Part shown: piece by piece, positions 47,214 to 58,011 of the stretch
How the letters are laid out: every line of letters starts with the position of its first letter
Numbering within the stretch: the stretch's first letter is position 1
DNA from: Pristiophorus japonicus
Taxonomy: Eukaryota
Direction: 5' to 3'
Length of the DNA stretch: 64,000 nt
Assembly: GCF_044704955.1 (NCBI RefSeq)
Contig: NC_091989.1
Location: 21,948,001-22,012,000 of the forward strand
Made by a program: the position numbers and the translations under genes
Notes under the pieces: generated by a model
What the model was told of the DNA's origin: nothing
Database searches by the model: none
What the model saw: only the letters and a program-made list of their open reading frames with translations

Positions 47214-50200
47214 TCACAGGTTGAGTCTCTCTGGTGGTTTACACTCTCTTGTAGAGCGCCTGAGTTGGGGCTCCGGTTGTTGGGCGCTGGCCTGAGTGCC
47301 TGCTGTTTGCGGTGCCTCAGGCCTATCCGGACTGCCCACAGTGATTGGGCTCTCCTCCCTTTGGTTCCGGTGTTCGGTCACCTGTGGTGGAGTGAACTCT
47401 ATATCGTGTTCTTCCTCTGCTTCTTCTATGGGGTTGCTGAACTTCCTTTTTGTTTGATCCACGTGTTTGCGGCAGATTTGGCCATTGGTAAGTTTAACTA
47501 CCAGAATCCTATTTCCCTCTTTGGCAATCACAGTGCCTGCGAGCCATTTGGGCCCTGCAGCGTAGTTGAGGACAAAAACCGGATCATTTACATCAATACA
47601 TCGCGCCCTCGCATTCCTGTCATGGTAGTCATATTGTGACTGGTGCCTGCTCTCAACAATTTCTTTCATGGTGGGGTGTATAAGGGATAGCCGGGTTTTG
47701 AGCGTCTTTTTCATTAGCAGCTCTGTGGGTGGAACTCCTGTGAGCGAGTGTGGTCGGGATCTATAGGCCAACAGGAGGCATAAGCGGCTTTGTAGGGAAC
47801 CCCCTTGGATTCTGAGCATCCCCTGTTTGATTAACTGCACTGCTCGTTCCGCCTGGCCGTTTGAGGCCGGCTTGAACGGTGTCGTTCTGACATGGTTAAT
47901 TCCATTGCCTGCCATGAAGTCCTGGAATTCAGTGCTTGTGAAGCACGGGCCATTGTCGCTGACCAAGACGTCCGGTAGACCGTGGGCAGCGAACATTGCC
48001 CGTAGACTTTCTACCGTGGCAGAGGATGTGCTTGAATTTAAAATGTCACACTTGATCCATTTGGAGTAGGCATCTACTACAACCAAAAACATTTTTCCCA
48101 TGAAAGGACCTGCGTAGTCCACATGGATGGGTGACCAAGGCTTGGCGGGCCATGGCCAGGGGCGAAGGGGGGCTTCCCTGGTCGCATTGCCCAGCTGGGC
48201 ACACGTGTTGCACCTGCGAACACAAAGTTCCAGATCTGCGTCTATCCCTGGCCACCAAATGTGTGACCTGGCAATTGCCTTCATCATGACAATGCCCGGG
48301 TGCTCATTGTGGAGTTCTCTGATGAACACCTCTCTGCCCATCTGGGGCAGGACTACGCGGTTTCCCCACAGTAGGCAATTGGCCTTAATCAAGAGTTCAT
48401 CCCTGCGTCTGTGAAATGGTTTAAATTCCTCAGGGCATGCCCTGTACGTGGCTGCCCAGTCCCCATTCAGGACACATTTCTTGACTAGAGACAATAGCGG
48501 GTCTCTATTTGTCCAGACTTTAAATTGACGGGCTGTCACGGGTGAGCCTTCGCTTCCGAAAGCTTCAACAGCCATGACCATCTCAGCAGCATGCTCAGTA
48601 GTCCCTTCAGTGGTGGCTAGTGGGAGCCTGCTGAGTGCATCGGCGCAGTTTTCAGTGCCCGGTCTGTGCCGAATTGTATAGTCATAGGCGGCTAACGTGA
48701 GTGCCCACCTCTGTATGCGGGCCGATGCGTTTGCATTTATGGCCTTGTTGTCAGCCAAAAGGGACGTTAGGGGTTTGTGATCTGTCTCCAGCTCAAATTT
48801 CCTGCCAAACAGGTACTGGTGCATTTTCTTTACAGCATATACACATGCGAGCGCCTCCTTTTCTACCATCCCGTAACCCCTTTCTGCCTGGGACAGACTC
48901 CTGGAGACATAAGCTACCGGCTGTAACTGACCCTTGACACTGACATGCTGCAACACACACCCAACACCATGGGATGACGCATCGCACGTTAACACAAGTT
49001 TCTTACATGGGTCATATAGTGTTAACAGAGTGTTGGAACATAACAAATTGCATGCTTTATTAAAAGCCCTTTCCTGGCTGTCCCCCCAGACCCATTCGCG
49101 ACCTTTGCGTAGGAGCGCGTGTAGCGGCTCTAGCAGCGTGCTCAATTTGGGAAGAAAGTTACCAAAATAGTTCAGGAGCCCCAGGAATGAACGCAGCTCC
49201 ATCGTGTTACGGGGTCTGGGTGCTCTCTGGATCGCTTCCGTCTTGGACGCAGTAGGGCTGATCCCATCTGCTGCTACCCTCATCCCCAGGAATTCTACCT
49301 CTGGAGCTAGGAAGACGCACTTCGCCTTTTTCAGTCGCAGCCCTACCCAGTCCAGTCTGCGTAGCACCTCCTCCAGGTTGTGGAGGTGTTCTTCAGTATC
49401 GTAACCCGTGATGAGGATGTTGTCCTGAAAAACCACCGTCCATGGAATCGACTTGAGGAGGCTTTCCATATTTCGTTGGACGATCGCGGCGGCCGAGCAA
49501 ATCCCGAACGGACATCTGTTGTACTCAAACAACCCCTTCTGTGTCGTGATGGTGGTCAGCTTCTTCGACTCACTCGCCAGCTCCTGGGTCATGTAAGCTG
49601 AGGTCAGGTCCAATTTTGAAAAAAGTTTGCCACTGGATAGCGTCGCAAAGAGGTCCTCTGCTCTCGGTAGCGGGTACTGGTCTTGGAGTGACACCCGATT
49701 GATGGTGGCCTTGTAATCACCACATATCCTGACCGACCCATCCGCCTTGAGCACCGGCACGATCGGGCTCGCCCAGTCACTGAATTCGACTGGCGAGATG
49801 ATGCTGTCCCTCAGCAGGTGGTCCAATTCGCATTCTATCTTTTCCCGCATCACATATGGCACCGCTCTGGCCTTGTGGTGTACTGGTCTGGCGTCCGGCT
49901 TTATGTGAATCACTACCTTGGCCCCCATGAAAGTGCCGATGCCGGGTTGAAATAATGAGTCAAATTTGTCCAGGATCTGTGAGCATGATACTCGCTCCAC
50001 AGAGGAAATTGCATTGACATCACCCCATTTCCAGTTCATGACAGCAAGCCAACTCCTCCCCAGTAGTGCGAGACCGTCACCTGGGACAATCCAGAGTGGC
50101 AACCTGTTCTCCGAATCTTTGTGGGTCACGACTACAGTGGCGCTGCCTAGCACCGGAATGATCTGCTTTGTGTAAGTCCGTAGCTGTGCGTCAATCGGCG

Positions 50201-50837
50201 ATAATTTTGGCCTCCTGGCCTTGGACGCCCACCATTTTTCGAACTGTTTGATACCCATCAGGGACTGGCTGGCTCCCGTGTCTAGCTCCATTGATACTGG
50301 GATGCCGTTGAGGAGCACTTTCATCATTATTGGTGGCGTCCTGGTATGTGAACTGTATACATGCTCCACATGAACTCGCTGAACTTCAGCTTCCAGCGAT
50401 TTCCCCCAGCGTTCATTTCTGCAATTTCTGCAGGTATTTTGCTCATCTCTGGAAACTCCAGCTGAGTGTGTGCTTCCACGCCTCCAACATGAGCTGTTGT
50501 TGGAAACAAAAGGTCCCTTGCCAGTCGATCGTCCCTGACTGCCCCTGTGACTGTCCTTGAATGCGCCATTAACAGGTGTTGATGGCCCCATTACTGGCCG
50601 CATTGTCCCTTGCAATGGTGTGAATCGCAGTTCAACTTGCCATTGTCTCTGTCGAACTCCCCCTCTGGGTTCGACTACATGTTGGGGCATGCCCGATTGC
50701 CCTTGTCTGCCTGGAGAACTGTGTGCTGCTTTAACAATATTGAATCTCTGTCCCAACCATTCCTTAACACAGTACCTCTTTTCTGTTCTGCTCGTGGCCA
50801 TGCTCGCGTGGTTTAAATCCCAATTTCTCGTCGCCAT
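47214..50837 (-). CDS. Gypsy polyprotein: truncated Gag, protease, RT, RNase H, integrase (1207 codons)
   Basis: LDTGAS, VFQDNIL, CDASS, HNEHPG...CNTC, HVDY, SDNG, AER; Gag capsid region missing. Confidence 0.88.
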   Translation of the reverse strand: MATRNWDLNHASMATSRTEKRYCVKEWLGQRFNIVKAAHSSPGRQGQSGMPQHVVEPRGGVRQRQWQVELRFTPLQGTMRPVMGPSTPVNGAFKDSHRGSQGRSTGKGPFVSNNSSCWRRGSTHSAGVSRDEQNTCRNCRNERWGKSLEAEVQRVHVEHVYSSHTRTPPIMMKVLLNGIPVSMELDTGASQSLMGIKQFEKWWASKARRPKLSPIDAQLRTYTKQIIPVLGSATVVVTHKDSENRLPLWIVPGDGLALLGRSWLAVMNWKWGDVNAISSVERVSCSQILDKFDSLFQPGIGTFMGAKVVIHIKPDARPVHHKARAVPYVMREKIECELDHLLRDSIISPVEFSDWASPIVPVLKADGSVRICGDYKATINRVSLQDQYPLPRAEDLFATLSSGKLFSKLDLTSAYMTQELASESKKLTTITTQKGLFEYNRCPFGICSAAAIVQRNMESLLKSIPWTVVFQDNILITGYDTEEHLHNLEEVLRRLDWVGLRLKKAKCVFLAPEVEFLGMRVAADGISPTASKTEAIQRAPRPRNTMELRSFLGLLNYFGNFLPKLSTLLEPLHALLRKGREWVWGDSQERAFNKACNLLCSNTLLTLYDPCKKLVLTCDASSHGVGCVLQHVSVKGQLQPVAYVSRSLSQAERGYGMVEKEALACVYAVKKMHQYLFGRKFELETDHKPLTSLLADNKAINANASARIQRWALTLAAYDYTIRHRPGTENCADALSRLPLATTEGTTEHAAEMVMAVEAFGSEGSPVTARQFKVWTNRDPLLSLVKKCVLNGDWAATYRACPEEFKPFHRRRDELLIKANCLLWGNRVVLPQMGREVFIRELHNEHPGIVMMKAIARSHIWWPGIDADLELCVRRCNTCAQLGNATREAPLRPWPWPAKPWSPIHVDYAGPFMGKMFLVVVDAYSKWIKCDILNSSTSSATVESLRAMFAAHGLPDVLVSDNGPCFTSTEFQDFMAGNGINHVRTTPFKPASNGQAERAVQLIKQGMLRIQGGSLQSRLCLLLAYRSRPHSLTGVPPTELLMKKTLKTRLSLIHPTMKEIVESRHQSQYDYHDRNARARCIDVNDPVFVLNYAAGPKWLAGTVIAKEGNRILVVKLTNGQICRKHVDQTKRKFSNPIEEAEEEHDIEFTPPQVTEHRNQREESPITVGSPDRPEAPQTAGTQASAQQPEPQLRRSTRECKPPERLNL
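50827..50836 (-). promoter_or_regulatory. Primer-binding site TGGCGACGAG, complementary to a tRNA-Ser 3' end
   Basis: Directly after the 5' LTR; decayed versions in Gypsy-1, -2 and -3. Confidence 0.75.
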
Positions 50838-51950
50838 TGATAGGTCCTTACTATACAGTATAAATACACACGAGGCCCATGCTTGAGAGAAGGTCAGTCT
50901 GTGACCTGTCCTTTATTCCTTAGCACTCAAGTGATGAAGGTGGGTGGAGCTTCCCCTTTTGTACCTGAAGGTCCAGGTTAGGAGTGTCTCCCACCTAGTG
51001 GTCGTTGTTCTCACAGTGTACAACTTAGGTCAGATTATACATGGGTTATAATGCTGGTTGAATACATGACAACCTTAGTCTCTTTAATACTACTCCAGTG
51101 TACCTAAGCAGCATGGCAGACAACCTTTTATACTCCCTTGCATGAGGTGTGCAGGTGACCCTTGGGCCTCCAACAGTTGCGCACTCTGATGGCAAGTCTT
51201 ACACAGTGACAATGTTTACATACATAACATCAACCAAACACATTGCACCACACTCACTGACACACTTCCCTTTCTCTTTCAGGTTAAGATGGTTCATAAC
51301 TGGAGCAAGCAGGAGCAAACAGGCAGGGGGAGGGGCAGGGGGGATGGCGGTGGGGGGGGGGGGGGGGTTAAGCATAGCTACAGAATCTGACCCAGCTGGA
51401 GAAGACAGTGCTAGAGATAATTGGAGGGGCTGTCACTGAGGCCGTGGCGATCCCAAGAACCAGTCCAGCCTGTGCATGAAGAAGTAGAGGAGGAGAGTGA
51501 TGGAAAAGAGACATCGACACTCAATATGACACTCACAGGCACCAGCTCAGAAAATGGCACTGCCTGAACTTTAGAGAGTAGTGCCGGTGCCAGCTCCCTG
51601 GAGGGCGAGATCGCACACAAGTTCTGCTGCACAGGACTCAGATGAGGACATCGATAGGGTGGCCTTCAGAAGCAGGGTGATGGGCATGCACACAGAAATG
51701 CTTGGTGCAATGGCAGGCCTGCCAGAGAGTCTCTTGTCACTGTCAAAGAGCCTGGAGGAGATCAGTTCATAAATTGCACAGAGCTTTGCATGGAGCTTGG
51801 AGGCCATGATTTCCAGGATGGAAGATATGGCCAAGTCCATTAGAGCAATGTGGACCCCACCATGATGCTGGCTGTGACGGGCGATGTTGCACCTTCCATT
51901 GCAGCATAATTGGAAGTGACCAAATATCCGAGTGCTGCACTGGTAGCTAA

Positions 51951-53769
51951 CCTGAGGACTGGGAGAAATTTAGAATTCAGCAGAGGAGGACTAAGGGTTT
52001 AATTAGGAGGGGGAAAATAGATTATGAGAATAAGCTTGCAGGGAACATAAAAACTGACTGCAAAAGCTTCTATAGATATGTGAAGAGAAAAAGATTAGTG
52101 AAGACTAATATAGGTCCCTTGCAGTCAGAATCAGGTGAATTCATAATGGGGAACAAGGAAATGTCAGATCAGTTGAACAAATACTTTGGTTCTGTCTTCA
52201 CTCAGGAAGACTCGAATAACCTCCCGAAAATACTAGGGGACCGAGGGTCGAGCGAGAAGGGGGAACTGAGGGAAATCCTTATTCGTCAGGAAATGGTGTT
52301 AGGGAAATTGATGGGATTGAAGACATTCCAAAATTCCATGGACTCTGAAAAAGAGAGAGAGAAAACAGGGAATTATAGATCGGTTAGCCTGACATCGGTA
52401 GTGGGGAAAATGCTGGAATCAATTATTAAAAATGTAATAGCAGCGCATTTGGAAAACAGTGACAGGATTGGTCCAAGTCAGCATGGATTTATGAAAGGGA
52501 AATCATGCTTGACAAATCTTCTAGAATTTTTTGAAGATGTAACTAGTAGAGTGGATAAGGGAGAACCAGTGGATGTGGTGTATTTGGACTTTCAAAAGGC
52601 TTTTGACAAGGTCCCACACAAGAGATTAGTGTGAAAAATTAAGGCACATGGTATTGGGGGTAATGTATTGACGTGGATAGAGAACTGGTTAGCAGACAGG
52701 AAGCAAAGAGTGGGAATAAACGTGTCCTTTTCAGAATGGCAGGCAGTGACTAGTGGGGTACTGCAAGGTTCAGTGCTGGGACCCCAGCTATTTACAATAT
52801 ATATAAATGATTTAGACAAAGGAATTGAATGTAATATCTCCAAGTTTGCACTAAGCTGGGTGGCGGTGTGAGCTGTGAGGAGGATGCTAAGAGGCTGCAG
52901 GGTGACTTGGACAGGTTAAGTGAGTGGGCAAATGCATGGCAGATGTAGTATAATGTGGATAAATGTGAGGTTATCCATTTTGGTGGCAAAAACAGGAAGG
53001 CAGATTATTATCTGAATGGTGACAGATTAGTAAAAGGGGAGGTGCAACGAGACCTGGGTGCCATGGTACATCAGTCATTGAAAGTAGGCATGCAGGTACA
53101 GCAGGCAGTAAAGAAAGCAAATGGCAAGTTGGCCTTCATATCGAGAGGATTTGAGTATAGGAGCAGGGAGGTCTTACTGCAGTTGTACAGGGCCTTGGTG
53201 AGACCATACCTTGAGTATTGTGTGCAGTTTTGGTCTCCTAATCTGAGGAAGGACATTCTTGCTATTGAGGGAGTGCAGCGAAGGTTCACCAGACTGATTC
53301 CCAGGATGGCAGGACTGACATAAGAAGAAAGACTGGATCAACTAGGCTTATATTCACTGGAATTTAGAAGAATGAGAGGGGATCTCATAGAAGCATGTAA
53401 AATTCTGATGGGATTGGACAGGTTAGATGCAGGAAGAATGTTCCCGATGTTGGGGAAGTCCAGAACTAGGAGTCACAGTCTAAGGATAAGGGGTAAGCCA
53501 TCTAGGACCGAGATGAGGAGAAACTTTTTCACCCAGAGAATTGTGAACCTGTGAAGTTCTCTACCACAGAAAGTTGTTGAGTCCAGTTCGTTGGATATAT
53601 TCAAAAGGTAGTTAGATGCAGCCATTACGGCTAAAGGGATCAGGGGGCATGGAGAGAAGGCAGGAGTGGGATACTGAAGTTGCATGATCAGCCATGTTCA
53701 TATTGAATGGCGGTGCAGGCTCGAAGGGCCGAATGGCCTGCTCCTGTACCTATTTTCTATGTTTCTATG
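51951..53769 (+). mobile_element. 5'-truncated CR1 with internal deletions
   Basis: ORF2 fragments 52080-53554; (TTTCTATG)n tail. Confidence 0.92.
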
Positions 53770-55149
53770 CCTGTCATACAGGCTCAGCTTGCTGCCACGC
53801 AAGCTCAGTCAGACTACTCTCATGCAGGCTCAGCTTGCTGCTACAGAAGATCAGACTCTGCCATAGTGGCTGGGTTTACAGTGTGGAAAGGGGCTTGCAG
53901 GATCTCACAGTAGCCCAGCAATCTGTCCTGCAGCAGATGGCTAGAAATGCTGAGGTGCCACCTCAGGGGAGCAAGAACCTGCTGTCCTTTCTCAGGATGA
54001 CAGCATTTGTACTTCCACAGTACACTCACGACTGCTGCCAGGATACCGGGTATTCACCAGCTTGATGTGCTGGGCGTGGTCGCACACCAACTAAACATTA
54101 AGAGAGTGGTAGCCTTTGCGGTTACGGTACATCTCATCATTGATATGCGGTGTCTGCAAAGCCACAAATGTGCAGTCGATGGTGCCATGCACCATGGGAA
54201 GCCCGATATCCTGGCAAAGCGTGCAACTGCTGCTTCTCTTTGTTTAGAGAGAAGACGATGAAATCCCTTCTACTGGAGTACGGAGCTTCTGTGACCTCCC
54301 GATGCGGCGATGGATGGTGAACTGCGATATGTTAGCTATGTCACCTATTCCAGCCTGAAAGGATCTGCTGGTGAAAACATTAAGGGCCACGGTCACCTTG
54401 AAGGCCACTGGCAGCCACCGTTACCCTGCTTGGAGGCAGCAGATCTGCTTCCAAGAGGTAATAGAGTCTGTGACCACCTCCTTTGTAAAGCGGAGCTTCC
54501 GAATACACTGCTTCTGGCTTAGGTGCAGGTAGAAGTGCTCCCTGAAGACCCATGGTATGTAAGGCCTCCTTCTGAGAGCCCTCCTCCCTCCACGAGCAGC
54601 TTGTCTTTGCTGCCTCTGCTTTACCTCCCTGTCATGCTGCAGCATGAGGGGGACGGCAAGTAGAGCCCCCATGACTGGGAGCAAGTGGTGTAGTCGGAGC
54701 CTTGCAATTGCAGCCAACCCCTTCTCAGTGTCCAACTGCACTCCGTGCACACTTTAGCAACGTTCTAAATGGCTTCCAGCAAGCCAGTATGGATATAAAC
54801 TCTGTTAGAGCCAGTACAAGAGAAATAATCAACTTATCTGCAAATTGGATGTATCCTTTTAAATAGAGCTGGTGGGTGGGGGGGGCGGTGGGGATCCCTC
54901 AGCTATGCATGTTTAAGAGAGGGCGTTTTTGAAATGGCGACGTCCAAAATGGCAGATCATGTGTCAAATCATTTTGAACGTCACGATCTGCCTACTCTGG
55001 ATACTGCCAGCATGCGCATGTCCCGCTCACGCTATCGTCCTCACCAAGATGGCGACCAGCGCAGGTCGCGGTGGAAGCGAGGCGGCTGCCATTTTTTTCT
55101 GAAAATGGCCTTAACTTGGGCAAGGTACCAAATTTCGCAGTTATGGGGT

Positions 55150-55560
55150 TTTACATACACATTAATCTTTGAAGGTGGCAGGAGTAGTTGATCAAGCTGT
55201 TGAAAAAGCATATGGGATCCTTGGCTTTATGAATAGAGGCACAGAGTAAAACGCGAGGAAGTGATAGTAAATCTTTATAGATAATTGGTTAGACCTCAAT
55301 TGTGTACAATTTTGGGCAGCACATTTTAGAAAGGATGTCAAGGTTGGAAAGGGTACAGCACAGATTTATCAGAATGGCAACAGGGATGAGAAAATTCGGT
55401 TATGTGGAGAGACTAGAGAAACTGGGATTGTTCTCTTTTTAGAACAAAGAAGGTTAAGGGGAGAGTTAATAACGGTGCTCAAAATTATGAGTGGTTTTGA
55501 TAGAGTAGATAGGGAAAAACGGTTTTCACTGGCAGGAGGGTCGGTATCCAGAGGACACAC
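55150..55560 (+). mobile_element. Old CR1 ORF2 3' fragment; resumes at 63838-64000
   Basis: KAYGILGFMNRG, LEKLGLFS, RGH|(R)FKII joins across CR1-A copy 2. Confidence 0.75.
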
Positions 55561-58011
55561 AGGACCCAAGTGCCGAGCAGCCCCGACTCGAGCGACCCCG
55601 ACCCGAGCAGTCCCGACCTCAGTGAGTCCGAGCGGCCCGCCCTAAGCGCTGAGCGGCCCCGACCCGAGCGGCCCAGCCCTGAGCGGCCCCGGCCGGAGGT
55701 AGGCGAGGACTTCACTTCTGGTGAGGAGCTTAGCCCTCATCCGTGCAGTTAAGTGGTTGGCTGTTTGATTGGTAAGTATCTCTCTCTTTTACTTTTTAAT
55801 TAGATTTTAATTAGATAGGTCTAATTAAAGGGATGGCAGGGCAGCTCAGTCCTGTGGAATGCATGTCCTGCGGCATGTGGGAAGTCCTGGACGCTTTGCA
55901 TGGCCTAGACAACTATGTGTGTAGGAGGTGTCTCCAGCTTCAACTACTCGAGCTCCATGTTTCGAAGCTTGAACTGCGGCTGGAGTCAATACGATGCATC
56001 CGCGAGGCAGAGAGCTACGTGGATAGCACGTTTCAGGAGGTGGTCATCCCATAGCTTAAAGGCATGCAGGTAGAAGGGAAGTGGGTGACCACCAGATGGA
56101 GCAAGCATGCTAGGCAGGTAGTACAGGAGTCCCTCTATGAGTCCATCTTGCTTTCTAACTGATATTCTCTTCTGAGCACCGGTGAGGACGATGGTGCCTC
56201 TGGGGACTGCAACCAGAGCCAAGTCCAAGGCACCACGGGTGGTTCAGCTGCACTGGGGGGAGGGACAAAGAATAAGAGAGCTGTAGCGGTAGGGGATTCA
56301 ATAGTTATGGGAACAGAGAGGCGTTTCTGTGGCCGTAGATATGACTCCAGGATAGTATGGTGCCTCCCTGGTGTCAGGGTCAAGAATGTCACAGAGCGGA
56401 CGCAGGGATTTCTGGGGGGAGAGAGCAAATAGCTAGAGGTCGTGGTCAATATCGGGACCAAGACATAGGTAGAAAGAGGGATGAGGTCCTGCAGGCAGAA
56501 TTTAGGGAACAGGAGAAAAATTAAAGGGTAGGACCTCAAAGATAGTAATCTCCAATTTACTACCGGTGCCACATGCTAATGAGTATAAGAATAGGATAGA
56601 CAGGATGAACGCATGGCTGGAGAATTGGTGTAGGAGGGAGGGCTTTAAATTCCTGAGGCATTGGGACCACTTCTGGGGGAGATGGGACCTGTACAAACCG
56701 GATGGGTTGCACCTCAACAGTGCTGGCACCAATATCCTCATGGGGAGATTTGCTAGTGCTGTTGGGGAGAGTTTAAGATAACTTGGCAGGGAGGTGGGAA
56801 CCTGAGAACAAATTCAATAGGGTAGTAAGGCTGAAATTGGATAGCAAGAAGTTAGAAAATATAAGACAGAGGAAACAAGGGTTAATAAGTAGTAATCAAG
56901 GAGGTCTTCCTGTGCTAAATGGTATATACTTTAATGCAAGGAGTATAGCAAATAAGGCGGATGAGCTAAGAGCACAGGTAGAAACTTGGTAGTGTGACAT
57001 TATAGTCATTACAGAGACATGGCTGAAAGAGGGGCAGGTTTGGCAGCTCAATATTCCTGGTTGCAGGATTTTTAGACAAGACAGAAGGTGGGGGGTAAAA
57101 AGGGGGGTGAGTCACGGTATTGATTAAAGAAACTATTACAGCGGTGAGGAGGGATGATATGTTAGAGGGATCATCAAATAAGGCCATACGGGTTGAATTG
57201 AAAAATAAAAAAGGGGTGATCACACTGCTGGGCATTTATTATAGACCCCCAAACAGTGGGAGGAAGATAGAGGAGTAAATATATAGGAACATTTCTGTGA
57301 AATCCAAAAACCATAGGGCAGTAACAATAGGAGAAATATAGTGTGAAGGGTATAGAGGATGCAGAATTCTTAAGATGCATTAAAAGAACTTTTTTAGTCA
57401 GTATGTAACAAGCCCAACATGAGAGGGGGCGGTTTTGGATTTAGTTTTAGGGAATGAAGCTGGACAGGTGGAAGGGGTATTAGTGGGAGAGCACTTGGGC
57501 GTCAGTGACCATAATTCAGTCAGATTCAAGTTAGTTATGGATAAGGATAAGGATAGACCAGGAATAAAAGTCCCAAATTGGGAAAAAGTTAACCGCTAAG
57601 TTGAGGAGTGATTTGGCCACAGTGGACTAGAAACAGCTATTTGTGGGTAAATCAATGTCGGAACAGTGGGAGGCATTCAAGGAGGAGATCTGGAGGGCTC
57701 AGGGCAAACATGTGCCCTTAAAGGAAAAGGCTGGGAATAACAATTCCAGAGCCCCCTGGATGTCTAGGGACTTCCAGGGGAGGATAAAGAAAAAAAGAGA
57801 AGCTTATGTCATATGCTGACAGCTAAATACTGTCGAATCTTTGGAGGAATATAGAAAGTTCAGAGGTAAAATTAAAAAGGATATTAGGAATGCTAAGAGA
57901 GAGCATGAAAAATTTTTGACAAGTAAAATTAAGGAAATCCCAAAGATATTCTATAAATATATTAAGAGCAAGAGGATAACTAAAGAAAGTGTAGGGCGTA
58001 TTAGAGACCAT

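Larger units (their letters stand above)
46952..51071 (-). mobile_element. Gypsy-4 LTR retrotransposon inserted in the 5' LTR of Gypsy-3
   Basis: LTRs 46952-47185 and 50838-51071; 5-bp target duplication ACCTT; polypurine tract at 47186-47200. Confidence 0.97.
38084..51229 (-). mobile_element. Gypsy-3 LTR retrotransposon containing Gypsy-4, Gypsy-5 and CR1 insertions
   Basis: 3' LTR 38084-38296; 5' LTR split into 46892-46951 and 51072-51229; 5-bp target duplication TCAAC; gag-protease 45510-46852; RT C-terminus, RNase H and integrase 38330-40536. Confidence 0.95.
37358..55140. mobile_element. Old Harbinger-C element (Myb-like gene on +, transposase remnant on -) hosting the Gypsy-3 nest and a CR1; ends approximate
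   Basis: Myb exon 37636-37878 (FSDAALEALV...WDEIA...TWIQCRKKFNDL); its intron is split by Gypsy-3; acceptor at 51282; transposase remnant about 54100-54670 (RRRPY...LHLS...CIRKLRFTKEVV, IDCTF). Confidence 0.65.
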
